DNA of 59,633 bases, filler included, from Sphacelaria rigidula (lineage: Eukaryota): assembly GCA_964200075.2 (NCBI GenBank). It is 8 parts of 8 records of this genome, joined end to end, with 100 filler letters (N's around TTAATTAATTAA, not from the genome) between each part and the next. Parts side by side here need not be neighbours in the genome. Positions count along the whole stretch, not along the records: positions 37,336 to 44,701 come from CAXNAA020015236.1; positions 44,802 to 52,167 come from CAXNAA020015237.1; 6 more parts are not named here. One strand, given 5' to 3'. Each line of letters starts with the position of its first letter. The first letter of the stretch is position 1. The notes under the pieces were generated by a model. That model was not told the DNA's origin, searched no databases, and saw nothing but the letters and a program-made list of their open reading frames with translations. This document shows positions 37,336 through 49,227 of this stretch, piece after piece. A program made the position numbers and the translations under genes.

Positions 37336-40300
37336 TGTATAGCTCACATTCTACCACTATATGACTTCTACTCTCTACTCCTTCGCCACAAAGACAGTTC
37401 TGGCTATCGACAATGCTAGGCGGGGGGCGGGGATAGATAGTCAATGGTCGGGACAAACGGGTACGGTTTTCTGGGGTTCCACTGCTTGTTTGCCTTGACC
37501 TCACGGGAACGTACGTACCCGCAGTCCTAGCGGATCTGTTCACCGCCTCGCGCTCAACGAACACGCGCGTGTGTTCTACGTACATACGTGTCTCGCGCAT
37601 GTCCAAGCGCACTTTTGTGTTGAGAGTCTGATATCTACAGGACGTCATTTATGCACATGTCGAGTGTTTATGGATGGCAAGCTTAACAATTCGCCGCCTT
37701 GGACAGTTCCGGGCACGTAGGGTGTGTGGCTCCTTTTCTATGGCCGGGTGAAAGGCTTTTGAACGATACTTGCGCGATGCGTTATTTCAGCCCCCCTACC
37801 GTATGTAGGCTTTGAAGTGTTCTTCCATCTGCATGCGTGCGGTATTGTTTCGGCCCTTAGGTGGTGAAGTTGAAACGGGAGGTATTTGCCGAGTTGGCCA
37901 TCATTAGATGAACCCCTAACCAGCACGATCAATAGTTCTCAAATATCTATACCTCGTGCATGTAGCTGACACCGGGCTCACTTCGTCCCGCTTTCTTAGC
38001 GTTTCACCAGTGTTCTTTGTATTTTATGCACGAGATTTGATTGCGGTTTTCATACCGCAGGAGATGTCGGTATCGGTGTGCTGGAGCCTAGGACCTTAAA
38101 TTAACTGCCAGCTATGTACAAGAAATAGAAATTGAAGAAAAATAAATCTACTTGTGCTAACAGTCCATCAGTTGTCCTCGAATGGTCAATATGCCCGCTT
38201 CCTGAAAACTGAAGTCAGCGAGAACCACATAGTACTCGGCGAAGGTCTCATGCAAGGGGTTCCCAGAATGACAAGGGGCCAACCCTACCCTCTGCCCTCA
38301 GTCAAAAGACAACACACCGCCTGCCCCCCACCCCCCAGCCTACTCAAAATTTGGGCCAGAAATAGACGTGCATCTTTGAACATATGCCCCTCACTGTAGT
38401 CAGGTAGTCCCACACTGCACTGCGAGCTGATATGCCCACTCCATCCTCGCTGAGGCCGGCAGAAAGCTTGTGGCATCGCTGGACTCTAAAGACACAGAAA
38501 GGTTTTTTCGAGACGGTGTGTGTGTGTTCCACCGAGTTGTTGTTGAAGCATTTGTTATATCTCACCCTTTGCATGCCCCGCGGTAGCCTGTCTTGCTCTA
38601 GATACTAGGTTGAAATCAAGTCGTTATCCGCAATCGACCCAAATCAAATGGTTCATCGATCATACCCTTGCACTCAAGTACATGTGGCCGAGCACCCCGT
38701 TTCACCCACTCCATATTGAGTTGGGACACTCCGGCGGCTTGTGCTTCGTCATATATAGTTTTCACAATTACTTGTCGCTATTTCTTGCAATGTACAGGGG
38801 GGTGGAGGGGGCGGGAGGGGTGAACGGTATGCACGGATGCCATGAGTCAGTATGCGCAACTTGAACCTATAGATTCGACAGTTATGTTAAGTAACAAAGA
38901 CAATACCGCACCCTTTCCACAGCTCGCTTCTTTTTGTTGTTATTGTGAAAAGGTGTTCTTACACACGGCATCGAACCTCGATTCACGAACGCCTATACGT
39001 ACGCACAACCAGTTGGTGATGACGGGGGTCAAATCGTCGCTGGCTCACACCTCCGTTTCTCTTCAGGGTTTACTCCCTTACTGTACAACTCGTTTATATC
39101 CTAACGCGTTCGTTTTTTATTTGCGTCGAGTTTGTGCCGGTCCCGGAATGTATTCCACTCAAAGACGGTTCCTTGCTGCATTTCTTGGATCTCAACCGTA
39201 CAAATGCCTTATTCACATATGTGTGTGTGGTTGGCCGGATGCGTTTTGCCCGCGCAAAAAGATATTCAGTTCCGGTACGGGATTGAAAATGTGTTCCGTT
39301 TATGTCCGTGTTTTTTGCGACGACGTGTTTGCGCCTTCTCGTGCCCAGGTAAGCTCGACCGCGTGTCCGCAGAGCGCGTGGCAAACATACTGGCGGCCAT
39401 GCGTGCCTCGGCACCGACGGTGTCTTGAAAGCTCCTGGGAGGACGAGACGGCGATATACATACCCATTTTGACGACGTTTCCCCCCTTTCATAGTTCACG
39501 CTGCAACCGGAACAAAGGCTGTGCAACCATGAGCACAAAGGTCGGGGTGAGTAAGCACATTCCAGAGGTCGATAGTGCTCTCTTGGGGAGGGCGTGGCCG
39601 GTGGCCGGACAGTGGTGGTATCCGAACTTGTGGTATCCGATGACCGAGGGGCGTGCGCTAGTGATTCAAGTACACATGAGCACGACAGTTCATCCCAGAA
39701 GTATAACTATTGGGTATCGGTCGTATTCTTTTGGGGTCATTGCGAGAGGTATTGGGTACACCTACAGTAAGTGTACCGTGTTTGGTTCAGTTGGTATGTT
39801 GTGCTGGTTTTCTCCGCAGCCGCGGAGGATGTTGGCCCCTGGGAAACGGCGTATTTTAGGGAACCGTTACTGGGGGGCAGGTACAGGGGGGGGCGCATCT
39901 CCTCTATACCATGCTTTGAGTGGTGTGCCGTGAAGTTGTACGTACGCTTCAGTATGGTGGTGAGTTTGACAGTGTTCTCAGGCAAGATGTTGAAACTTCG
40001 GAATCTTGATTTAGGGTTGCGCTGTTTGATTGATGATTGACTGATTGTCGCACTTGAACTGAACCCTCAGGGGTCCAGCCGTGGTCTCATAATAGATGTA
40101 CCGTACCCAAGAGAAACGAAACTGAAACACGCTCTGAGAAAAAAAGAAGGAACATAAAAAAAGGAGAAAAAGGGTTCGAACAGATCGACATAGCAGACTA
40201 AGTCGTGACAAAGAAAAGGTAATAAAAGAGTCGACACAAGCAAAGCACAGAAAGAAATGGCCGACCTAAAACAGGAAAAAAGGAAAAGAAGAGGAAAGTA

Positions 40301-40423
40301 CAAAGTAAATAAAATACAAGACAATGAAACGATGGAATAAAAAAAAGGAAAACAAAAAAGTTGTGTCATTATCAGCATTACGCTTGTCAGTCACTGTCTC
40401 ACTTTATCAGCACACATCAAGAA

Positions 40424-40426
<3 letters not shown>

Positions 40427-40482
<56 letters not shown>
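40427..40482. repeat. (CAA)n microsatellite
   Basis: Perfect trinucleotide run. Confidence 0.95.
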
Positions 40483-40820
40483 TAATATGCCCTTCGAGTA
40501 TTGCGATATCTCGGCACACAAAAAAAGCCTACGCTACCCCACAAGCATTTCAAACCACCAAAGCGCTGCTCCTGTCCGTGTACTGCATCTGGCAAGCGTG
40601 CGCCTCCCCACAACATGTTAGGAAGTTGCACTGAAAGAGGGGATCGATTCGCTCGACCTGTTGTGTTTGTAAGACGCGTACCGAGCGGAAGCAAAAACGG
40701 AAGCAAAAGAGGGTATAGGTCGCGGCGGTGAAAAATGTACCCTCGTTCTACTATGTGCCAAATGCGACGGCGGTGCACAGGGCTACTAGTAACGAAAAAC
40801 AGATATTTAGGGATTGCCGC

Positions 40821-40901
40821 GCCCCGGTGGTGTAATGGTTCGACTGTCGCCTTTGGGGTGGAGACAACGGGGGTTCGATTCCCGATGCGTTGGGTCTTTT
40901 T
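40821..40901 (+). pseudogene. tRNA-like sequence (tRNA pseudogene or tRNA-derived SINE head)
   Basis: Pol III A box TGGTGTAATGG (40828) and B box GGTTCGATTCC (40872) at tRNA spacing, followed by a T run. The acceptor stem does not pair and the anticodon loop is oversized. Confidence 0.55.
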
Positions 40902-41463
40902 CTTCGTAATGCATAATTTCCACCGTGGAAAGCGTGAGAACGTGAGTTAACAAGGTGGTCGACTGGGTTTGTGTCACGTGAGTTGACGCGGTGCGGGAGT
41001 GCTGACCCAATCCGCGAGACAAAAATGGAAGGCGCGTACCGGGAGAAAGATGGGTTGATTCCTTGAGATCACGGGCTCATCCCGAGGAAGGGGTGGGGTC
41101 TAAAGTGTAAGGAAAAAAGAAGAAAAGGGAACACTACAACGGGTATCTTTTGACTCACGCGGCTTTGCAAGCTACCGTTTACACGCACACACATTAATAA
41201 CATCACGCTGTGAGAGTCATTTCAACATCGCCGTTATTTACCGTGAGTACGACGACCGTGGCGCCCGGAATTCGCGCTTCTTATGTAGAAAATAAGCAAC
41301 GGAAGATCTGGGGTTTCATTCAGAACTGACCGTTGGAAATGCTCGGTAGAGCTTGATACGGCGGCATTTGGGGGTTGTTGTGTGAGGGGGGAAAAATAGT
41401 CGAACTAAATGCGTGCCTGCTTAGTCATGAATCTCAGAGAAAACGCGTGCTAACAAGTTCCTG

Positions 41464-41572
41464 CTGAAATGGTGTAAAACAACCCCCACAAAAAGCCAGA
41501 ACATTGTTAAAACGCTGAGGCACTGCTCCCTATTTCAGGCTCTTTGTGGGGGTTGTTTTACACCATTTTAGC
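41464..41572. repeat. Inverted repeat, ~35-bp arms
   Basis: gctgaaatggtgtaaaacaacccccacaaaaagcc / ggctctttgtgggggttgttttacaccattttagc. Confidence 0.85.
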
Positions 41573-42075
41573 TTGGTGATACCGCAGTGACCCCATCTTT
41601 TCTGGACATGGTCATTTTGGTAAGTCGAACATGGGGAGAAATGTACGCAAGTCAACAAAATCCTCGGTTAGAGGCCGCGAAACGGGGTGATCACAGTACA
41701 GAGAATTGCGACGGAGTTCCGGTGGATTCGTGGGCATCAATCGACGGGATGCTATAAAGAACACCACTTTCTCCACAACCGATCAAATATATTCAATCGC
41801 TCGGAACCCGTGTTTAGTACAGGCATCTCACGAGTATCTCGGCGCCGAAAGTAGCGGAGCACGAAAGTGTATATCAGGTAAACATCCTCCTTTCACTGCT
41901 GAAGAGTGGCTTGACATCAACATTCACCTGAGTATACACGATCGTAGGTCCTCCACCAGGGTCTGCATACCCCTCGAGCTACTTTTAAATCTGCCGCTCG
42001 GGTCGCATGTGGGGGTGGACGAGCGCATATAGTACAATGTTCTGGCTTTTTGCTAGGGGATACAAATAAACAGCG

Positions 42076-42484
42076 TATTGTCGGAAATGGGGTTGAAAAC
42101 AAATGAGGTTCAACTCAAAACCCGTGCTTTCCCTGACCTGAATTCATGACAAATGACTTTTACATGGATGACCTCGTCCGTCCCGATCTCCCTAAAACTA
42201 TTTTGGGGGGTTTCTAGCCTTCCGTTCCCCCAAAGGATATGTGCAAAAGCATGATTTTTGGGCAAAAGAGCGTCCTCTTTTCACCCCGACATCGAGGCAA
42301 AAGTTTGCTTTTGAACATACCCTTGGAGGGAACGAAAGGCTAGAAATCCCCCAAAATAGTTTTAGGGAGATCGGGAGGGATGAAGTCGTCCATATGAGAG
42401 TCATTTGTCATGAAATTAGGGTAGGGAAAGCACGGCTTTTGAGTTGAACCTCATCTTTTTTTCAAGCCCATTTTTCGAGAATCC
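42076..42484. mobile_element. Foldback/MITE element, ~185-bp inverted arms
   Basis: atgaggttcaactcaaaa..cgtgctttccct..ttcatgacaaatgact..tcccgatctccctaaaactattttgggg..tttctagcctt is mirrored in reverse complement at ~42300-42484. Confidence 0.8.
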
Positions 42485-42768
42485 ACTGTTGATAGGAGAT
42501 GTTCAGTGTCCCACTCCTGTGTCCATTGGTGCGTGTGGACCCGTGAGAAAGAAATGGCGATGAAATCGAATTTCCCGCCCTTTCACGGTGAATAGATTGT
42601 GACGGCGTGTATCCATCGAAAAATCCAATCCACTGCATTCCGAGCCTCCGGGCCAATGGGTACCTCAGCGGGAGAACTGCGGCCAGATATCAGTCCAACC
42701 GAACATTGAACCGCCAAGAAAACGTTGCAATCAATGCGTGCATGTGAAGGTGAGCACCTCGAAGGCAC

Positions 42769-44261
42769 GTCGTGTTTCTGCCTTAGAACCTCCGCCTCCT
42801 TCGCCAAGTGTCTCTCAAGCGCCTCAGTGAACCGTCTCCGGCGGTAGTTAGCCTTAGCCGCGTGCCTCTGTTTTTCTGCTCTTAATGCGGCCAGCATTTG
42901 GGCCTTGCGGTGCCCAGAGCTCTTTTCGATATCCATGAGCGCTTTCAGGCACCGTTCTTCTTCGATGATGGCCCGCTTTTCTCGTCGGAGGGCCTCCAGA
43001 TCGGACGTCTCTGTTAATGCCTACAAGGGACACAAATTGTACAGCAGCGAGAGTTGCCAGAAATTGTCACTAGAAACAATTATTTACTTTGACCTGCGAT
43101 TGCTGCCCGCATACGGAGAACAATCTTCAAGTTAATTGTAGTCGTTCGCTTGTTTTGTTTGCCTCATGGAACGGTGTGCGTGCCACAACTTCGCAAGTTC
43201 AACGTATCACGAAATCTTGGCATTGCCGATCAAGCTTTGGGCGTCGTAGATGCAACGTTCATCGTGAGCATCACAGGTTGCACAACGGACCACCCTCGTG
43301 CAACTCATAGAGAGGAAAACATCTTCCCCGTCCGAGAAGGGCACTGTCTAATGTGAGTCGGGGCAAATGATTACGCCTTCCATGTCCCTGCACTCGGAAG
43401 GAAGAAAAGGATACCCTACAGTAAAAGATGATCGCAACACCGAACTATTCCAGGGCAACGTAGCGAAGGAGATTGTGACGCAGGATTATCGCCGTGCTGC
43501 CTTCGCTTTGTAGCACTAGTGTGTCTCTCCACCCTTCGCCGCCGCGTCGGTACTACAGAGACGATAATGTCAAGGTGGACTTGTTGGTAGATACCTTGGA
43601 TATAGGCACGGTTTTTGCATAGCGTTACCGTTGACCGATAAAAATGTTGGCATTTATCTCTCGTGCATTGCCATACATTACCTGCAGAATGATGTTGCGT
43701 TTGGCTTCTTCCTTCCGTTGTTCTCTTGACCTGGCCTGCCTCGCTTCCTCCTTCAGCCGCACCCTGTTCTCCTCGTCAAGCCGCTCGTTCTGAAAATCGG
43801 ACAAGGATTGGCGCGCCCCCCCCCCCCCCCAAGTTCTTTGAATACAACGAGCGTAGCACACGGTGGGAGACTGGGGCGGACTGACTGATCAGCAGGCTGT
43901 TTGGATCTTGACGGCATTTCCACATACAACCGCACCCGATACACGAACACGAACGCTGACTTGCACCTCTGTTATGGCAGGAGTATGTACCTGCTGTGAA
44001 CAGCTCCGAATTGTTGCCCAGTTTCCTTCGATCGAGCAGTTCCGCTGTCGATTGATTATTGAACAGTCAGTCCACAAGGACTATACCGAATATTTGCAAT
44101 GCTTCACTACCGCCAAGCTCGTGTATGAGCATACATCAGTGGTCTGTGATACAATGCAATACCTCGGCGAGTAAGTCGATGAGAAAGGGGCTCCGGTGCG
44201 TCTTTTGCTCCCAGCTTTGCACCTTCCTGTGCTTGCTCTCTTGTAAGCGTCGGCGGTACAT
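42769..44261 (-). CDS. Uncharacterised coiled-coil protein, exons 44163-44261, 43682-43789, ~42769-43020
   Basis: Phase-0 GT-AG joins give MYRRRLQESKHRKVQSWEQKTHRSPFLIDLLAE|NERLDEENRVRLKEEARQARSREQRKEEAKRNIILQ|ALTETSDLEALRREKRAIIEEERCLKALMDIEKSSGHRKAQMLAALRAEKQRH..., an E/R/K-rich helical sequence. The last donor is uncertain. Confidence 0.8.
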
Positions 44262-44701
44262 CTAGCAGTTTCATTCAGCACAGGCCACGGTCCAGAGCGG
44301 AAAATCATCGGAAAGCGTGGACAGCATAGGAATTATCGAGTAACATATAACATTTGTACGCCCTGTACGACAGGGCGTGTGTGCGCGGCATCGTTTTGTA
44401 CAAAGTGCTTCAAGGATCGATTCCGTGTAACAGAGGAATCAACAGCGGATCCTGAAAAATGGGGTCGATCTCAAAAATGAGGTTCAAGTGGCATATTTGT
44501 TTTGCAGGGATGACGCGAAACAATAACACAGAGCGAAACCGTATTTCCCCACAAAACTCTGCAACTGTGAATCATCAGTTTTAGCTGAATGCACCGAACG
44601 ACTGCGGTGTACAGGCGTGTCGATGACGATATCACCAGAGCGAGAAGCAACGACAGAGAGGAAGCTCCTCGCCCGGGTCCTTTGTGTGCCCTCGCTGGGC
44701 G

Positions 44702-44801
44702 NNNNNNNNNNNNNNNNNNNNNNNNNNNNNNNNNNNNNNNNNNNNTTAATTAATTAANNNNNNNNNNNNNNNNNNNNNNNNNNNNNNNNNNNNNNNNNNN
44801 N
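44702..44801. other. Artificial contig linker
   Basis: Same 100-bp spacer. Confidence 0.99.
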
Positions 44802-45012
44802 TTTGCTTTTTTTTTTCATGTCTATGTCCGGGCTGTGTTAGGGTAGGTTAAATGAAAAAGAAGGTTAGCTTCTCTATTCCATGTCTATGTCCGGGCTGTG
44901 TTATGGTAGGTTAAATTAAAAGGAGGGTTAGCTTCTCTATTTCATGTTCATGTCCGGGCTGTGTTATGGTAGGTTAAATAAGAAAGAAGGTCAGCTTTTC
45001 TATTCCATGTCT
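44802..45012 (-). repeat. ~3 units of the 63-bp satellite, reverse orientation
   Basis: catgtctatgtccgggctgtgttatggtaggttaaat...ggttagcttctctatt is the reverse complement of the monomer at 52800-59633. Confidence 0.95.
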
Positions 45013-45996
45013 ACACGGGGGGGGGGGGGGGGGGAAGGTAAAACTTTTGGCCCATGGGTGGTATAAGGGGCCCCATTACCGCTGCCTCCACACACCGTTT
45101 TTTTTTGGGGGNNNNNNNNNNCTGGTTTGTGTAGCGGATCGGCGGGGGGGGGGGGGGGGGGCGGGAACGTAAAACGTTTCGGCCATCGGTAGTATCAGGT
45201 GCCGCATTAACGACTGCTGCAGACACTCGTTTTTGTTGAGGCAGTTTGTTCGCAGATTCATGTACAAGTTCGCAGTCGACACTTTCTGCAGAGTCGATTA
45301 TGTGAAAATACGCGGCCACGAGGGATTGGCATTCGTTTCGAGTGGTGGCGCCGTGGAGCAAAGGGTTATTACAACATAGCCCACACGTCATAACCCTTTG
45401 CTCTGGAACGGTTTTTTCTATCCTTGAGAAACCAATCGCACCGGTTACTGTTCTATGGCGTTGTATTCATCTTTCCTCGATACACGATACCAAGCTCTAT
45501 CAAAAGGCATGAAACAAAGCTGTAGGGTCGAAGGTTCCGTCAATTTCATGCCTCAAACCACGTAGGATCTCTGCAGAAGAGTCGTCCTACGATAGGGGGG
45601 GGGGGGGGGTATTTGGTTGCACGAAAAAAGAGGCTCATCGGTGTGTCAGACGACGTGCTACCTTGCGTTGCGCTTGTATTTGGTTTCAAACGGTGTCGGG
45701 CAGTATGGATGAGCGTTATTTATCCACAACAAGCTCGTTCGAACAACCGTTGCTGCTTCCAACGACGATTTGCCTCGGAATTTCGTGCAAGAAGTGGCCC
45801 AAAATACACCCCCCCCCCATCGTAGCATGACTCAGAAGAGATTGGTGTATTTCTTTCGGTTCACCATCGCGCCGGGTATATGTGTCAAATATATTGTGTA
45901 TCGGTTCGTTGAACTTGGTTGCAATGGCGCTGCTATAAGTGAGTTATTGTTGATATCATTTGTTCACATTATCAATAATGATAAAACATTGAGGAT

Positions 45997-46850
45997 GGCC
46001 GATCATCAACATTGAGGATGGAGTTCTCATTGAGGATTACACCCAGAAAATTGAGATTTCCGTACCCAGACCAACTCTTCGAAGTATGGTTGCTTTCCTT
46101 TACCTCCTGGTAGCTAATGACAACTACTACGCGCCACAAAAATATGGATTCCTATAACCGAAATGTTGGGGGTCCTAGGCCCAATAACAATCAACAGCCG
46201 ATCACTGAAGTTGAGGATGGAGCTTTTCATTGAGTATGAGAACCCGGAGGATTAAGATCATTGTATCCACACCAACTCTTCATAACATAGTTCCATTTCT
46301 TCACCTACTGGTAGCTATTGACAACTGCTACACGCCCTACAAATTGTGGTTTCGATAACCGAAATGCTGGAGTCCTAGGTGAAGATACAGTTTTGGGAAA
46401 TTTAGGTGATCCGACCGGATCGCCGAAATTCTCCGCGATTGGATTTTCACGTAGGATCCCAATATTACGGTAATCGGAATCACAATTTGTATAGCGTGTA
46501 GTACATGTCAATCGCTACCAGTAGGTGAAAGAATTGACCCATATTTCAAAGATTTGGTGTGGATACGAACATTGTAATCCTCCGGGTTCTCATCTTTGAT
46601 GAAAAGCTCCATCCTCAGTCTTGATGATCGGCTGTTAAGTCTGGCAAATTCATATGATAAATACCGACCGCCCGATTTCCCCAGAATCGCTTCTTCACCT
46701 AGGACCCCAACATTTCGGTTATCGAAACCCATGCTTGTAGGACGTTTAGTAGTTGTCAGTAACTATCAGGGTTTGAAGGAATGCAGCCATATTTCGAAGA
46801 ACTGTTGTAGATCCTCAATAGAAGCACTTTCCTCAATTTTGGTGATCGGC
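45997..46850. mobile_element. Foldback-like element: tandem ~200-bp units arranged as inverted arms
   Basis: Two direct units (gccgatca..ttgaggatggag..ctggtagcta.tgacaact..ataaccgaaatg.tgg.gtcctagg) at ~45997 and ~46197, with reverse-complement copies at ~46505-46640 and ~46675-46850. Confidence 0.7.
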
Positions 46851-48284
46851 TCTCAGGTGACGATGATTTATCCTCCCTTGGGAATGCGTCCAATGTGCCT
46901 CACACAGATCCAAGCACCAGTAATGGGAAAGCCTTTCAAAGGCCGATGTGCGCAACTCTCCTGAAACTTTCAGGCGCTCACTCTGACAACGGTCGACTCA
47001 GAACAGGTGGTCGGGGAAAACGCGGAATTGTTCCATGGATTATCGCTTCAGATGGAGAAAAATGACTCCTGTAGTATACGTCCATGCTCATCAGCTACGA
47101 AGTGCCGAATAATCAGTCGTCCAGGTATTTTTCGTTTTGTCCGTATACCCACCTCGTTGATATGTAGCCTGTGACTCTAGATACGGGAGAGGGGCGTTGG
47201 GGTGCATTCGTAAGCGTCATGATGCGGTCGCGCAGAGCGAAATACCATGAGTCACCGTGCTGTCAGAGTTTTGGACGAAACACAAAAAATACGTATTACC
47301 AGTTTATGTATATCGCGCCTGCACGGTGCTGTGTATCCACGTTTCTTCAAAGCAAGTGGTGTGGTGCCTTTAAGGAATCGAGAAATGAGGCATGCCGCCA
47401 GCGACCCCTTTTGGTATGACGAGATGAACTGCAAACCTCCGTTCGCAACCAATCATCGCGTGGCCGGGTAGATACGGTGGTCTCGTTCAAGTAGCACCAT
47501 AACGATGATTCATGGGTGGGCAAGAAAAACACCGACCGCGTTCCACATACACCACCAGTAAATGTTTGTCGTAGCATGGCGGTTACCAAAAGAAATTCGG
47601 GAAGCATTGTGGATCCCTGAATGTACCTCGGTTCGCGCGTGGAATCTGTTGGGTTTTGTTTTCAGTTACAACCCCTCCACTGAACATTAAATAATCATAC
47701 ATCAGTCAACCTTGGAATACTGAATCCAAACAATCGAGACTCATCGCGGCGGTTATCGTCTTCTTCGCTCCGAAAAGTTCCAGAAGTGGTGAATATTTAT
47801 GATGGACGTAATTGTTTTCACAAGGCGCATTTCCCGGGTTTGGGCTAGCAAAACGGAGTAAAACACGCTTGGGGGTGTGTTACTGATAACAATTTCCGTC
47901 ATAACGATCGGCGTTGATAGATTCGATCGAGTAAAGTTGTCGAAGAGCTAAAATCTACAACGACGATCGGTCAATCAGTGAGTTGTGCAGGATCGAGGGT
48001 GATGAACTTCCACTCGAAACTACTGTCTGGTGATTCCCAAGCTTGGGACCGAACGGGAACCGTGATAAGCTCTGTGACGAAGTTATGTCGTTACGTTGAA
48101 TTGGTAGTGATGGTCTGGATAATGACCGGGGACACTAGGTTGATACCCTGGCGTGTCTAGGAGGCTGTGCCTACGAGAGCACTCCCGGATAATGAGAACG
48201 TTGTAAAAGGCTGAAGACTGAAACTGAGGCCAGTAAGACTGGGCAGTCCCTCAACAGCAGTGATCCAGCAGTTCTTCCACTAGC

Positions 48285-48293
48285 TGGCGTCAC
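48285..48293 (+). promoter_or_regulatory. Putative primer-binding site of the Gypsy element
   Basis: TGGCGTCAC upstream of gag, complementary to a tRNA 3' end of the ...GTGACG-CCA (tRNA-Ser) type. A candidate 5' LTR starts with TG at 48073. Confidence 0.4.
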
Positions 48294-48304
48294 AATATCG
48301 ATGT

Positions 48305-48342
48305 TAGTGCTAGTGCTAGTGCTAGTGCTAGTGCTAGTGCTA
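48305..48342. repeat. (TAGTGC)n hexamer microsatellite
   Basis: ~6 tandem copies just after the putative PBS. Confidence 0.9.
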
Positions 48343-49104
48343 GAAACCTGCTGGAAAAGATTTCGGCGGAGTGAGTCTCGCAGCTGGGGACAACCTGACA
48401 TCACGGGCGCGTGACGGGTATTCGAGCTGGTGATGGCTGCAGAAACGCGGCTGGCCTGTGATCGATCCAAACTGGAGACTTGCTGAAGCTGCGTGCAGCG
48501 GGAGTTTGGAGGCTCCTACGACTGTATGGTGCGGGGACGAAGCCAGGAAAGTGCCGTTCGTGAAAGTCCGCTGGCCTGTGAAAGTTTTCAGGTCGCCGGT
48601 TGCAGCTACGCGTATGGTGATCGGTTCGTGTACTACGACCAGCGTGACGCCCGCGGTTATGCCGAAAGAGGTGCGTCCTCCCCAATACGGGGAGAGGTAC
48701 TCAGAGAGTGCATCTCGCACTTGTATTACGAAGTACTTTGAGTACAAAAGCGTGTTAAGCACGCTAACGCAGGGGGTGCCGTGCGGCATTAGTTAATGCC
48801 AATGGCTCAACAAGTGCCAACTTATGTGCAGAGAGTGTTTGCTCGTTTGGAGCATAAGAAGATTAAAACCACCCCGCCGCAATTGGTTGCGGCAATAAAA
48901 AAGTATGCTGGGCATGCGGTGGGCACTTGCCACTGTTGTAGTCAGGTCGGTCATTACGCGCGCGATTGCCCAACGTCTTCCGGTGGAGAGTCTGGGCATT
49001 CTCATGCCGCGCGCCATCAGCATCGTCAGCACAAGGGCAAAAGACGAGGTAATCGTGGTGGCGGCGGCGGATCCTCCGGAGATGGAGGGTCGCATGCGAG
49101 CCCG

Positions 49105-49227
49105 CAGCAGCAGCAGCAGCAATAGCAGCAACAGCAGCAACAGCAGCAACAGCAGCAACAGCAGCAACAGCAGCAACAGCAGCAACAGCAGCAACAGCAG
49201 CAACAGCAGCAACAGCAGCAACAGCAG
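49105..49227 (+). repeat. (CAG CAG CAA)n polyglutamine tract in gag-pol
   Basis: About 40 Gln codons with a 9-nt period and one in-frame TAG at 49123-49125. Confidence 0.9.

Noticed and set aside
38842..39933. 363-aa ORF
   Set aside because: No recognisable motif, Cys/Trp-rich composition typical of non-coding frames, and no convincing exon structure. It cannot be supported without a database search.
45356..45403. 14-bp stem hairpin gagcaaagggttat/ataaccctttgctc
   Set aside because: Real but isolated and short. There is no basis to call it a terminator in a eukaryotic context.
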